A stretch of 64,000 bases of DNA from Takakia lepidozioides (taxonomy: Eukaryota > Plantae > Bryophyta): NCBI GenBank assembly GCA_030704615.1, contig CM060734.1:14570001-14634000 (forward strand), given 5' to 3'. Each line of letters begins with the position of its first letter. Positions within the stretch are counted from its first letter, which is position 1. The notes under the pieces were generated by a model. The model was given only the letters and a program-made list of their open reading frames with translations, did no database searches and had not been told where the DNA came from. This document shows positions 37,100 to 50,500 of the stretch, piece after piece. The position numbers and the translations under genes are program-made.

Positions 37100-38030
37100 C
37101 TCGCCTATAGGACCTTCTTCTCCAGCAGATTCGTGCCGCTCATGCTTTGTAGCTTGAACGTGAGCTCAGCTCCCAGGCTCACGGGGCTGGGCTCACGCCG
37201 TAGCTACGCTCGCCCTCAAATGCTAACTTCTTGGCAGAGCCAGTCCCACTCCGAACTGACTTGGGAACCCGGACGACCGGTGACTGGGTAGTAGCAACAG
37301 CAGTCGCAGGACCTTGAACAAAGTCATCGTCCGAGTCACTCTCTTGGGTCCCCTCCTGCGCCTCCTCCGATGCCCCGATGGTTTTCTGTTTTTTGGGTGT
37401 TACTGCAGTCACCTGTTTCCTTGTCCTTTTCCTTTGGCCTTTACTCTTCTCATTCAATTTCTCCTGAATTCCTGCCTGAGCAAGCTCTGCCGCTTTCCTA
37501 GAGTTCGCAAGCACTTTTGCCTCTTTTGGACCCAGCGGAGGCAGCGGAGCCCGGTTTCGTCGGGCCTCAGCATCCAGCTTCAATTGAAACTCGGATGGGT
37601 CGAGTGAGCCGGGCGGAAGGTCCACATACCAAGGGCAATCACGCAAATGTTCCAGATGCCACTCCTTCACAATATCGTCAGTGGACCCCCCTCCGGTTTC
37701 CTCAAGCGGTCCCCCTGATCCAGTGTCCTCATCTGATGATTCTCCGCGCCGTACATGAAGTAACAGCTTGCAGGCCGATTGTGGCCCCCCGTCTGTTTCT
37801 TTGCCTGATCCACCTCCGGCAGTACCTGATCCGGACGTTGTACCCCCGGCTGCACCTCCGGCATTACATCCTCAACCACCTCCACTTTCATCTCCTTCGC
37901 CAGCACCTCCACCTCCACGTGCATGTGCCCCCCGAACCCTTAGGAGGGGTCGGCTTCGCCCTAGGTTTCCTCCCCTTCAGCTTAGGTGCCTGAGCTAGAT
38001 CCTCGCCCCCGATGGGAAGTGCATAGGACT
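37100..38030 (-). CDS. Unknown protein (Gly-rich N-terminus, basic NLS-like QRKRTRK, acidic patch), degraded
   Basis: ORF 37179-37670 and upstream Gly-rich frame; convergent with the transposase. Confidence 0.35.
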
Positions 38031-38060
38031 ACGTTACTGAGGATCGTTTAGCCTTGTTGT

Positions 38061-38723
38061 TTGGGGAATCATCTCGACCCTCCTACCCCCATCCGAGAGA
38101 ATGTATGGTTCAAGTATTGGGGTAGACGGTATGTTGTGAGAGCTGCTACTGACCCTGCTATGGATCGAGGTTTATTCACGGTCAATGATATTGTGGTTCC
38201 TCCTTGGAGAGGCAGCATGGTGGACTTGTTTCCCTACCACGGTCCATACTACACCTCTGGGGAGTTCCGTACATTACGCCTCGAAGCCCCATATATCCTT
38301 CCCTATATTTTGTGTGTCAACGGACAGAATGTCCGTAGACGGGGGCTGTCTCCCATTGAGATCAGATTTTGTGATGGTGACCCCGATATCTTCGGCAATG
38401 TTGCTGGGCTGGTCAACATTTCTTTTGGTCATCTTAGGAGAACCAATGTAGTATAGGACAAGCGAAGCGATGTACATGAGTGCTTTTGTGGGCATATGTC
38501 GGTATAATGTGAGGGGATGCACATGTTTGTGATGACATGTGCTAGTAGGACTATTAGGGCTGGCAGCGAGCTATTTGCATCATACGAGTTCTCCCGGGAT
38601 GATTGGGACCTTCGGTTACAGCATGAGTGGGATGTGTATGATAGAAATAGGGATCGCGTAGAGGGACATTGTAGATATTCTCATGATGTACTTTGTATAC
38701 ATCCGATTAATCGATTGATGTAA
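38061..38723 (+). pseudogene. SET-domain protein (viral/bacterial-like minimal SET), interrupted by stops
   Basis: RGLFTVNDI...LFPYHG...DGDPDIFGNVAGLVN...ASRTIRAGSELFASY matches SET motifs GxGLF, GN.ARF.N and RDI..GEEL...Y. 38061 and 38517 are in the same frame with two stops between. Confidence 0.7.
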
Positions 38724-39829
38724 ATATCTTTTCTTGTTGCTCGTGTGGGTTACAACTTTGCATATGTGATCTAAACATACTTATGCACATGTGGACCAAA
38801 TATGAGCTTGAACCAAGTTCATTCAATGGGTCATTCAACTGTTGAACGCAGCTATAGGTCGTAGAGACATAAAACTGCGTTTCGCCTGCACATGATTTTT
38901 TTTTTATTCCATTCTGAAGCCATATGCTTAATGACAACATATGCAATGTGCGTGCAAAATTTGGGAGTAAACAAAAGTCATTTGGACCCAGAATCATATT
39001 TTCTTCTCTCATTTGCACTTCAAAGTTGAGTTATCTTCAACTTCATGCACTTTTCATAGAGAATTATGCAAAAGTGACCCTAGAAACACTTTTTTTTTTT
39101 TTGTCCATTTATTTGCATGGATGTAGTGGTGCAAACCTCAATGTCACAGAACAAAATAGAGCCAAAAATAAAATCATTACGCCCCTCAAAACCGCAATCC
39201 TATATTTTCTAAATACAAATATTCATTTTAAATTCATTTAATTCGATTTAATTCAAAATTGGTTCAAGGGTGAGTGCGTCGTTGGGGAGGCAAATGTTTT
39301 TTTTTTTCTGCTGAATCTTTGCACAGGTGTTGCACACATATTTAAGCACATGTGGGAAAAAGTGAAGCTTGAGCCACATCTGTTTGATGGGTGCAATGGC
39401 ATGAGAGGATTTTCTTTCACATTAATAAACAAAATTGGTTGATAGGGTGAACGCGTCCTTGGGGGGGGCAAATGATTTTGATCATCGATTGGCCGGGTTC
39501 CCTCTCCATGGGATGCATCAGCGCCCATATGATGCATTAAGAGATCCTCCATGGCTTGCTCATCCTCCTGGTTAATTCCATCCTCATTGTTGTTATCACT
39601 GTCATTGTCACTGTCATCGTCATCATCGTTCGGTACCGTGGGGGCGGCGTCTCGCCCACGGTTCCCACCTGATGTACTTGGGTTGTTTTTGGATGGGGTG
39701 CCAAGAGAAAATACCGGGAAGGGAGGGAAAAAGTCCTGATACGAACAAATGAACATACATGCATATATTATAATGTGTCCTTGCAACCAGCATGGGAACT
39801 CGTTGGGAGTTCCAGGGCACGCAGGGAAC

Positions 39830-40091
39830 AGTGGCCGTGATGGGCCGTGGGGGCAGTATCACGAGATACCACGAGCCCAGGCCGTGATTGTTGACCGTGA
39901 CCGTTGGAAGCCGTGGTGCGGACACAACGGGTTGGCACGGTGACCAGATCGTGGGGATGGCGGGCCGTGAAGGCTCGTGGGCGTGGTACCACGCGGTATC
40001 ACGGGGCAGCCCATGGCCAATGAGCGCCTAGGGTGGGCCGTGAGGAGTCGTGGTGGTTGGAGCCACGGAAGGCCGCAAACAGTCAGAGTGG

Positions 40092-40123
<32 letters not shown>
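39830..40123. repeat. Subterminal-like CCGTG/CACGG motif cluster ending in an A32 run
   Basis: Many ccgtgg/ccacgg/ccgtga motifs followed by an A-tract, analogous to 560-1200. Confidence 0.5.
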
Positions 40124-40125
<2 letters not shown>

Positions 40126-40189
40126 GCTATTGACCCTGCTATGGGTCGGGGGTTATTCATGATCAATGATATTGTGGTTTCTCTTCGAT

Positions 40190-40900
40190 AGTAGTATCGG
40201 TCGTCTTGGAATTATTCTCCTCCATGATAGGGTCCATAGGAAGCAGCTTACGTTGCCATGTTATTACAACCCTTACCATTGGAGGTTCCATATCGGATGA
40301 GACATATTGAGAAGATAATGGGTCAGAAAGCATCTCCTCCTCTCCTATCTTGGACTTCCCCTTTAATTTAGTCTTCACGGCTGTATTATCATATAATGAA
40401 CGAGCCAAGCAACCTGGATCCTCAAAACAGTCCTGCATTTTAAGCCAATTAACAGGGCGGTTTGGATTAGATGGCCCATAAGAGTGCAAAGGTCCTGGCA
40501 CTGATGGTGCCGCATTTGATGCTGTCATCATGGAAGCTGATTGGGATTGCTGGTGCAAGGATTGTGGGTACGGACTATCGCACTGTACTGCAGTATGTCC
40601 CTGGCCACCACAATGACCACACAATGGTATATAATCGACAGGGGCCTTAGGTTAGGACACTCATTGGCGATATGGCCCATCTCATGACATTGATAGCAGA
40701 CAGGGTATTGTCCGTTTCTTAATCGCCTTGCAGGTGGTCGATAGGCCGGATTAAATTGCTGTGAGTACATCTGCTGTTGCTGCTGACCGCCTCCATATGA
40801 CTGCCCTTAAGCCCCTTGGGGTGGTATTCCCCTTTGTGGCCTATCAGGCTGATTAGCTGGCTGGTACCAGCTCGTGGCCCTCGAGTTGGTCACCAAGGGT
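40190..40900 (-). pseudogene. gag: Gypsy gag fragment with two zinc knuckles
   Basis: CYQCHEMGHIANEC and CGHCGGQGHTAVQC. Confidence 0.7.
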
Positions 40901-41072
40901 ATAGATGAAAGTCAATAAAAGAGAAATGAAAAATCAAAACTCATCCTAGAGGTAATTCAGTATCCACCGTGGTAGCTCATCCAGTATGGATGAAAAATCA
41001 TTAGAGGACGGATGAAACACTGCCAAAATTCAATCGGTATGGATGAAAAACAGGAAATCAACACTGATAAAA

Positions 41073-41856
41073 CACTAGAAGGAAAATACGGAATAACCAC
41101 TATGTGAACCACTGGTTTTGAGTGGGAAATGACACTTAACCACTCCGAGTCAGTGTTATAGAACGAGTGGATTTTGTGTCCCAGTGGTTAAAAACATAAT
41201 GAGTCACCAGTGGTTCAAGACAGTGGCTACGGCCTGTGGCCTCCAGGTCCACCTGTACACTGACCTGTCACTGGTGGTAAACTAGACACCTCTTACGTGT
41301 CACAGTGGTAAACTAACCACTGAACAATATAGTGATTCCAACCATTGCCAGTGGCTGTGATGTGGACGCAGCGAATCCGTCGATGATATTGAGCAATATC
41401 ATGACACATGTACCTTTTCCCATGGACACGTGGACGCAGAAAGATCGTCGATGGGATTGGACAGTTTGTAGACACGTGGCCTTATCAACCAATGACACGT
41501 GTCATATTTTTGGTATTCCAGTATTCATCCAGTGGTCAGGTTGTGTACTAAAACCACTGTCTTAGTCATCCACCGTGTCCCACTGAGTAGGGACTATGTA
41601 TTGGGATGATTACTGACAGAGTGAAATTTGAGTGATTAAGAATACAACTGGAGGAATACAAACCACTATTACAGTAAGTGATTAATTCTACCACCAGTGG
41701 ATTGACAATGGAAGCAATTGTGTGTATTTGCCTACTGTCACAGTCTTACATATACCACTAGTATAGTGGTGTGTAAGTGATTAGGAATAGGACCGGAGGA
41801 ACACATACCACTACTAGGGTGATATGTAAATGATTACGCATACCACTAGTGTAGTG
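41073..41856. mobile_element. Possible non-autonomous CACTA-like element
   Basis: Starts CACTAGAAGG, ends GTAGTG; dense CCACT/AGTGG motifs. TIRs match only over CACTA and there is no TSD. Confidence 0.4.
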
Positions 41857-42189
41857 AGAGAAGAACCAATTGTGAACCAAAGATGCATTGTCAATTCGGA
41901 CAGGCCCACACATTGCAAGTGAATCTGCAAATCCAATTACTCTTGAAGATTCAAGCTTCAAAAAACAGAATAGAATCCCAGAGAGACGATCCCAGGGATC
42001 TAAGTGCTAGAACACTACGTCTTTTCTCAACTAAGTCCAGCCATGAGTGACATGGCTGCCGCTCAAATTCGTCATGAATGGTATTTACTTTCCATCTTCA
42101 AACTTTGGAGAAGCTCCACCACCCAGGACCAGAATTAGGATAGCAATTTGATCTCCTTCCACTATCACTAGTCAAAATCCCCTCCACCT

Positions 42190-43730
42190 GCTCCATCTGA
42201 ACATTGAGAAATGTGCCAAGCCATATCACACCACAATTGGAGGAATTGGCAAGGAGATAGGCCTATCTGAGTAGCTGAATGTCCAGAAACTTGAACAACA
42301 AGTGCAAATCTGTTGGGGACCAGACCACAACCCCTTAGAAAACATTATGGCTCTGGAGGCTAGCATATATTCATCACCCTACTCTAGAAAAATCCACCAA
42401 GCCATAGCCCATCAAAATTGGAGCAATTGGCGAGAAGATAGGCCCATTTGAGTACCTGAACGTCTGGAAACTTGAACAAAAAATGCAGATCTTCTAGGGG
42501 CCAGACCACAACACCTTAAAAAAATTCAGAGCTTTGGAAGCCACCATATCTCCATCACACTAAGTGTTAGAAATCTTTCAAGCCATATCACACCACAATT
42601 GGAGCAATTGGTAAGGAGATAGGCCCATCTGAGTAGCTGAATGTCCAGAAACTTGAACGACAAGTGCAGATCTGTTGGGGCCCAGATCAAAACCCCTTAG
42701 AAAACTTTATGGCCTTGTAGGAAAGCTTATATTCATCACTCTACCTGTAACAAATTCACCAAGCCATAGCCCACCCAAATTGGAGCAATTGGCAAGAAGA
42801 TAGGCCCATCTAAGTACCTGAAGGTCTGAAAACTTGAACAATAATTACAGATCTGCTGGGGGCCAGACCATAACCCCTTGAAAACATTCAGAGCTCTGGA
42901 GGCCACCATATCTTGATCACACTAAGTGTTAGAAATCTGACAAGCCATATCACACCACAATTGGAGCAATTGGTAAGGAGATAGGCCCATATGAGTAGCT
43001 GAATGTCCGGAAACTTGAACGACAAGTGCAGATCTGTTGGGGCCCAGATCAAAACCCCTTAGAAAACTTTATGGCTTTGAGGAAAGCATATATTCATCAC
43101 CCTACTTGTAATAAATTCACCAAGCCATAGCCCACGCAAGTTGGAGCAATTGGCAAGAAGATAGGCCCATCTAAGTACCTGAAGGTCCAAAAACTTAAAC
43201 AATAATTGCAGATTTGCTAGGGGCCAGACCACAACCCCTTGAAAACATTCAGAGCTCTGGAGGCCACCATACCTTGATCACACTAGATTTTAGAAATCTG
43301 CCAAGCCATGTCACACCACAATTGGAGCAATTGGTAAGGAGATAGATCCATCTGAGTAGCTGAATATTCATAAACTTGAACGACAAGTGCAAATCTGTTG
43401 GGGCCCAGATCACAACCCCTTAGAAAACTTTATGGCTCTGTAGGATAGAATATCTTCATCATCCTACTTTTAACAAATCCACCAAGCCATACCTCTCCCA
43501 AATTGAAGAAATTGGCATGAAGATAGGGCCATATGAGCACAACTATGTCGTACGTGGAACTTGAACAAAAAATGCAGATCTATTGGGGGCCAGACCACAA
43601 CCCCTTGATAAAATTTATGGCTCTGCAAGCTAGCATATCTTCATCAACCTACTTGTTAAAAATACACCAAGCCATACCTCTCCCAAATTGGAGAAATTGG
43701 CATGAAGATAGGGCCATCTGAGCACAACAG
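42190..43730. repeat. ~181-bp satellite, ~8.5 monomers, alternating A/B dimers
   Basis: caagccata...aattggagcaattgg...gataggcccat...aacttgaac...aaccccttag recurs about every 181 bp. Confidence 0.9.
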
Positions 43731-43739
43731 AAATGAATG

Positions 43740-43984
43740 CGACCTGGTTTGGCTTCACCCCCTTCTGCTGTGCATTTGCTCACAGGTCACCAAAGCCTCC
43801 ATCCCACAGCCATGTTGTGTTGATCATGTTGTGTACCACATGATCTCGTTTGCCCATCAAACATTCCATTTGCATCCACAGTGCTCCCACATTTGGCATA
43901 CATGTCAACAAGAGTATTGTTCAGAATGACATATGGTACAATTCCAGCCTTGACGATGTCTCCATGGACCTCTTTGCCCTTCAC
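43740..43984 (-). pseudogene. PLS-class PPR gene fragment
   Basis: GKEVHGDIVKAGIVPYVILNNTLVDMYAKCGS. Confidence 0.8.
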
Positions 43985-44198
43985 AAATATATAAACGCCT
44001 CCCCAAAAGACAACTTCTTGGCAATGGTGCCCCTAAAGAATGGGCAACGGAAGACCCAGGCTTCGAGCGACCTCCTGCAGCAAAGCATGTTAAATGAAGA
44101 GGGTGGGAGCGAGATTGATGCAGAGTTGGAGAGTGGTTGGGCGTGGGATGAGGAGAAGCAGACAATGTGAAAGAAAGGTGGGGTGGAGAGGAGGGTGG

Positions 44199-44895
44199 TG
44201 ACGAGCCCTGAGCGCGCACGGTCAGGGTGACGGTCAGGGTGGTCTAGAGGGGCCGAGGTAAGTTGTGGTGTAGGTTGGGCTCACTGAACCGCCTACCCGA
44301 CTGCGGTTAGTGTAGGGGGTCCGTGGTCGTACATGGTGGCTATGATCACTATCTAAGTCCTACCGGCAAAGAGAAATCACGTACTCCTCTTTATAGGGCG
44401 AGTTTGCGTTTCTAAGTCCTACGGTATCCTATAATCTACTTAGTAATTGCCTTCCAAGACTTTGTGTTTTATTGTCTAATTCCTACCGCCTAGGCCCCCG
44501 AGCCGCCTATAGTCGGGACATGTTTTAATCCCTTCAAAAGGCACCTGCCGAGCCTAGGGAGGAGAGGGAAAATCGTCCTCTCCCACTGCCCCTCCTTCGC
44601 CGAGGGCTTGAGTTCAAGTCACCTCTAAGTGGAAGGGCCAACGCTTCCTACCCCAGTGCCTAAATACTTTGTTATAGCAACGGAGTGTGCCAAAATGCCT
44701 ATCGTCATCCAATATGTTCACTCAATTCAATAAGGTGGTTCTAAGCCCCTCAACACAACAAGTTCAATCAGTTTAATCAGCGCCCTGCAGGCTATAACGA
44801 GCACCACGTGCATCTATCCTATTTAAGCAATTTCGCAAATCAGAAATGCTGGAAAATAAAAGAAATTAAGAAAATCAGAAAAAATACCTCCCCTA
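44199..44895. mobile_element. LTR-retrotransposon terminal fragment (copy 1)
   Basis: Starts TGACGAGCCC; highly similar and colinear to 60754-61448. Confidence 0.7.
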
Positions 44896-44963
44896 ACTCT
44901 GCTATTCTACTATAGACATTGTCTATAGTAGTTATGGTAATGTTCTGCACCTGCAACCTGAGA

Positions 44964-46330
44964 TCATTCATCTCCCCCCTGGGTGAGCTTTCGTGGTGCC
45001 TTCCCTTCCACCGGCCCTTGTGTTAACCATACTTGCATAAGATGATGATCCACCAAGTCATGTGTAGCACCCCTGAGAGCCTGCTCATCCTTGAGTCTGT
45101 ACACATCTAACTGCTGCTGTAAAGCCTCCATGCGCTTCGCATGAGGTTCACCCAGGGCCGCATAGGCAGCAGCCAGATTATTGGCTTCCTTCGAAGCCTT
45201 GTTAGCCACAGAGAGTTCATTCTTGTGGCCCGTGAGTGTTTGTTGCAACTTCAGGATGTACCTTTCTTTCTCAGCCTCAACCTGACTGTACTATTGGAAA
45301 GTATCCTCATTGCGACAGATAGTAGCCTTCAAATCAGCAATGAGTTTCCCTTGCTCTATTGTCTCAGCCTCCACCATCATACATCTCTCTGCTTGTCTGT
45401 TAATTTCTAATGCAGTTTGCTCCAGAGCAGTTGTTAGTGTGGCACATTGGATGGTCATTTTCAGATGAACTGCCTCCAACTCTGTATGGAGCACCTTCAC
45501 TTCATGCAATTTTCCCTCATGTTTCACCTGCAACTGCAACTGCTCCTGCTCCAGTCCCACTTCAATCAGATTCCCCTTTGCTGGCAGCTTTCGTGTCCTC
45601 CAACTCTTTCTGCAACTTGAGGTTGGCCTCCACATACACCTTGTTTGCACACTCAGTGGCAATTCTAGCCTCAAACTCTTGCTTGAGCTCATCCCTCAAA
45701 GCTGCCAATTGCGTGGATGGAACATGGGATTTCACATAAGTGCCCAACAAATTGAGTGTCCTACTGATGGAACTCATGAGCATGGCCTGCTGTGGATCTT
45801 CATTGGAGACTTGTTGATGGTCCCCATGATTCTCCACAGTGTGATGTTTCACCAACCGTTCAGGCCATGTTCCCACAAGATCTTCTTCCTGCACGACCTC
45901 CTTCTCCACAGCTGCTGCAGTGCCCTTACATTCTACCCCTGGAACCTCCTCCATAAGTTCGGGTATCAAATGCATAGCAGGGATTTCCTTGGACAAACTC
46001 TGCAGTTTTGGTACCATTGGTTCCCTGACCAATAGGCTCGATAATAGAAGTGGATGGATGAACAACCAGACTTGGCGATATTGGTGGGGGTATCGGATGG
46101 ATATCAGACGTCAACGTGTGTTGCTCCTGACCCACCGGCTTCTCCACGAACAGCAGACGCCTCGCAAGAATCCCCCTGGGTACAACTCTGAGGGACATTT
46201 TGATTCGAACCATGGAGTGTTTGGCTCAGAAGCCGCGGCCACATCAAGAGACGGTGGGATATTGCCTCCACATTGGGCAAAGTGGGCTTTCATTCGCATG
46301 GAGGCTTTTGGGCACAAACTAACCCCTGCA
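44964..46330 (-). pseudogene. Degenerate coiled-coil ORF, probably retroelement-derived
   Basis: E/Q/L/K-rich overlapping frames 45562-46065, 45291-45692 and 44964-45248, leading into the LTR-like repeat. Confidence 0.4.
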
Positions 46331-46814
46331 TTCTTCCCATCTTTGTAGCCGAGGTGATATAACATGCGATCTTTGTGACCCGCCAGCTTCAATGCACAGA
46401 GATTGCATTGAACACCGTCCTTTTTGTGCGGGTCTACGGTGAACCAAGGGATTCACTCCTCCCTCATCCTCACACCCAAAACCCTAACCACAGACTTACG
46501 GTTGAACGAAGAACACTAGTGTACTTGGTAGATTTGTCAAGAGCAATAGAAGTTAGAACAGAATGCGATGGCCCAACACTACGGCATCAATCCAAGTGGA
46601 TCAATGCACCATGTAGTATTGTGCTTTTCGACAATTTGGTGTAAGCCACAACAGCAAACGGTCCGCACCCTCCTCTTGGGCTACACTCTTGCTCAAGGCA
46701 TAGGGAACATTCACTCGCCACAAAAGTGTTTGCCACAAAAGAAGTGAGGGGCATTGTGACCACCTTATATATCCTCCAGTCTCCAAGCCTCACACGCTCG
46801 ACGAATCAGAATCC

Positions 46815-47330
46815 AATGTTGCGACCGCTCCAGGTCGCACGAGGAAGTCGCATGTTATTTTTTTATAAAAACTGCTGCGATCACCCTCATGCTGGTGGTC
46901 GCAGATATTAAAAAACAGAAAATTGCTGCGACCACCCCCTCGTGGTCACAGATATTAAAAAACAGAAAATTGTTGCGACCACCCCTTTGCTGGTGGTCGC
47001 ACCTATTGAAAAAACAAAAAAATGCTGCGACGACCCCCATACTGGTGGTCGCAGATATTAAAAAACAAAAAAATGTTGCGACCACCCCCCTGATGGTGGT
47101 CGCACCTATTACAAATAAAATAAAAATTGTGCGACCACCAGTAGCGGTGGTCGCAACTGTTTAAGAAAAGAAAAAAATGCGACCACCCCTGCTGGTGGTC
47201 GCATCTATTTTAAAAAACAAAAATGTTGCGACAACCCCTCTGCTGGTGGTCGCAACTCTTAAAAAATAAGATAAATTCTGCGACCACCACCATTGGAGGT
47301 CGCACCAATTTAACAATAATGATTTAAAAA
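46815..47330. repeat. TGCGACCACC...GGTGGTCGCA palindrome array (~50-bp period)
   Basis: About 9 short hairpins separated by A-rich linkers; resembles DNA-transposon subterminal repeats. Confidence 0.75.
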
Positions 47331-47519
47331 TGACCTCAAATACTGGCGGATGGAGTAATTTATAAAACAATCCATTCACTTGCCAAGGTGTCGCTTGGAA
47401 TACAACGTGTCCACCTACGTGACATATTTTTCACCTAACTCATGTTTTACTGATTTTTCGGCAAAACTGACATGACGTTGGTCGCGTCAACGTCACGTCC
47501 GACGTAACGTGTGCAACCC

Positions 47520-50500
47520 TGGCGAGTGGGCCATCTAGAGGCACAATTCACTTCAATCATCAAGACCATTGAAACAATGGGCGACCGCATGAGCTCCATC
47601 GGTCAGCAGATTACCAGCTATGTGGGATATCGAGATGCGGTTCCAGTTGGAGAGTCCGGCCCCAACCCGGCCAAGGTACGGTGTTCCAATTGCAACAACT
47701 CGGGACATGCGTCTCAACACTGTCCTTATCCCACTTGGGAGAGGCAGATAAGCCGGAAACCAACTTATGGGATAGGCCAAAAAGGTAATTCAATCAAACC
47801 CGGAGAGGTTGTAAAAAATGCGGAAGAACCACTCACCCAACTGAAAATTGTTGGAGTGACATTGTGTGTTTGTATTGTGGCCAACAAGGTCACCCCTTGG
47901 ACAAATGTCCTCATAGACAAGTGGACCAGCCTACGCCGGCCACCATTCAACAAGTAGGGAGGAATTTGGAAGGGCAGCGGGCACCCTTCCCGGATCAGTA
48001 TACCACTGAACCACCCAACCCTCTACCACAACAGCATAGCATGTATTTTGCTACTACAACGCAGATAGCGCAATGACCTAGGGCAGATCAGGTAGGCCCA
48101 TCATATTCTGGAGGCAATGCAGCTACGGGACAGAATTCCCGAGCGGCCTATTCAAATCATGCGGCCCAGATAGCCCAGGGTTCTTCTAATACGTGGTCTC
48201 CCCCTCAGGATGTAAGGGTGCAGGGAGGGCATTAGGCGTCCACTTCAGCGCGCCCAGCAGTAGACCAACAGCATAGACCAACGTACATCCAGGTCATTTG
48301 TCCCGTCAACAGGAGACGCAACACCAAGTAAATTGGATTGCAAGTGAGCTCGGCGCCACTCAAACTACGCAAGCTAGCCCCAAGAAAGGTAGCTATGCAG
48401 TAATGACCCGACGGCAACGAGATACGCTAGGGAAAAGCCCTGGGTATGTGGCATCGGAGTTAGCCACATCGACATCGGAACAAGAGGATCTGAACTTTAA
48501 AGTCATGAAGTCAGATGCACGGAAGGTGGCAGAAACTGTACTCAGGGAAGAAGAGGATATCCATCCCAAGGAGAAGGAGGTAGCATTTGCAGAGACCGAA
48601 TCTCCGGCAGTCCAGCCAACCATTTCCCAGCCACCTTTGACATCCAGGGCAAAGAGTCTGGCCCATCGACCGGTAGCACCAGAGAAGCTTCCCAAAAGGA
48701 GAATGCATTCCACCATGCGCTTCACCGACGAGTTGGAGCCGTATAATCTAATGGAAGACTTGCGCCACATTCAGGCAAACATTACATTTGCCCAACTCAT
48801 AGCACTGGCACCAACAGTTTGACATGCTCTCAAGGCATCTTTGGTGAGGAAGCGAGTAGGTACTTTTGCTCATACCAACCACATTAACGCTCATGTCGAT
48901 CCAGGTTCAGTAGAAATAGAAGTGGAGATTGCAGACTGCCTTATACGACATTGTTTAGTGGATGATGGGGGCTCAGTCAACATCATGCCACTCTCCACCT
49001 TGTCAAAGTTAGGATTGAACATGACAGGGGAGTCCCCATTAACCATCAGACTGGCTGACCAACGGAAGATCAGACCAGTGGGTCACATAGCGAATGTTCG
49101 GGTGAAGACCGGAGGCTACACGTACGCGGTAGATTTCCAAATCATAGACTTCCCCATTGATGAGTATTCATACGCACTCCTATTAGGGAGGCCATGGTTG
49201 GTCCAGGCCCGAGCTCGAATGGACTGGGGGGCAGGTACCATCACTTATGGGATAAAACCTTACACGACTACAGTCGCTTTTCTTTCGGGAGCACTTCACG
49301 ACAAAATAGATGAGGATGAGCTCAGTATGATTGGTTCTGAAGAGGAATCTGCGGACTTGAGTGAGGAGGATTGGTGGACAGATAGAGAGGTCCATCCAAC
49401 GTCACATGCTCATCAAGTATTAGCAACAAACACCGCGCTTTGCAGGGAGGTTAAGCGAAGGAAGGTAGGACTAGAGGACGCCGTCAAGTCCCTAGGTCCG
49501 GGTTTATATGAATGCGAGTCTGATGCAGACTGCATCGCCTGGTTGTTTGGAAACCAAGGCAAAGAGGTGATGGTACACTCGGTATCAACCGAGGCACTTC
49601 CGGAGTTTGAATCACTAACCGAGCTCTTCTCGATATTCGCCGAACAAGTTGGTCTGTAGGAACCGGAGATTCCTCAGGAGGAGAACAGCGAGATCATTGA
49701 AATGAGAATTGTGGAGGAAGCCGACTTGGAAAGGGATGTTATGAAACACAGTGCCCCCTACATTCCATATTTACAAGGATCAAATGGATCACGGTTTGAA
49801 CCAGGATCAGCCTTCACAGCCGAGCCAACAACGCAATTGGTCGACATGGCGGTGGGAGGAAAATCACCCAAGATGGTGAAGGTTGGATCCCATTCGACAG
49901 TAGAACAGGCAGCAGAGTATCAAGCCTTGTTCAAGGAATTTCGGGACGTCTTCGTGTGGTCCTACACCAAGTTGAAGGGGGTGCCCTCTTATGTGGCAAT
50001 GCACTCTACTCCCCTGATTCCGGGAGCTATGCCACGACGACATCGAGAAAGGAGGGTGAATCCCAATTTGGCTCTTCTCATCAAAGCAGAAATCAAAAAA
50101 CTGCTAGCCACTGAGTTTATCTTTCCAGTGGAGACATCAGCTTGGGTGTCCCCCATGGTGATCGTTCGGAAAAAGAACGGAGGATTAAGGGTATGCGTGG
50201 ACTTCCGCCCCCTTAACAAGGTAACGCACAAGGATCATTTTCCCTTGCCGTTTATAGACACATTGGTGGAAGAAGTAGCAGGGAAGGAACTCTACTCTTT
50301 CATGGATGGATTCTCGGGCTACAATCAAGTGTTGATCAACCCAAAAGATGTGTTGAAGACCACATTCACCTCACCCTGGGGAACATTTGCCTACACAAGA
50401 ATGCCCTTTGGCTTGTGCAACGCACCCCTGACATTTCAGAGGGTCATGACGTATGCTTTCTCGGACATTGTGAGAAAGAATCTGGTCATTTTTTTAGATG

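Noticed and set aside
38145-40183. Poly(A) retro-insertion with a 57-bp TSD
   Set aside because: The SET reading frame continues uninterrupted past the first copy, so the intervening DNA is not an insertion there.
41325-41337. tagtg+att as right end and TSD partner of the CACTA at 521
   Set aside because: Adjacent sequence does not match the 521 terminus beyond 5 bp.
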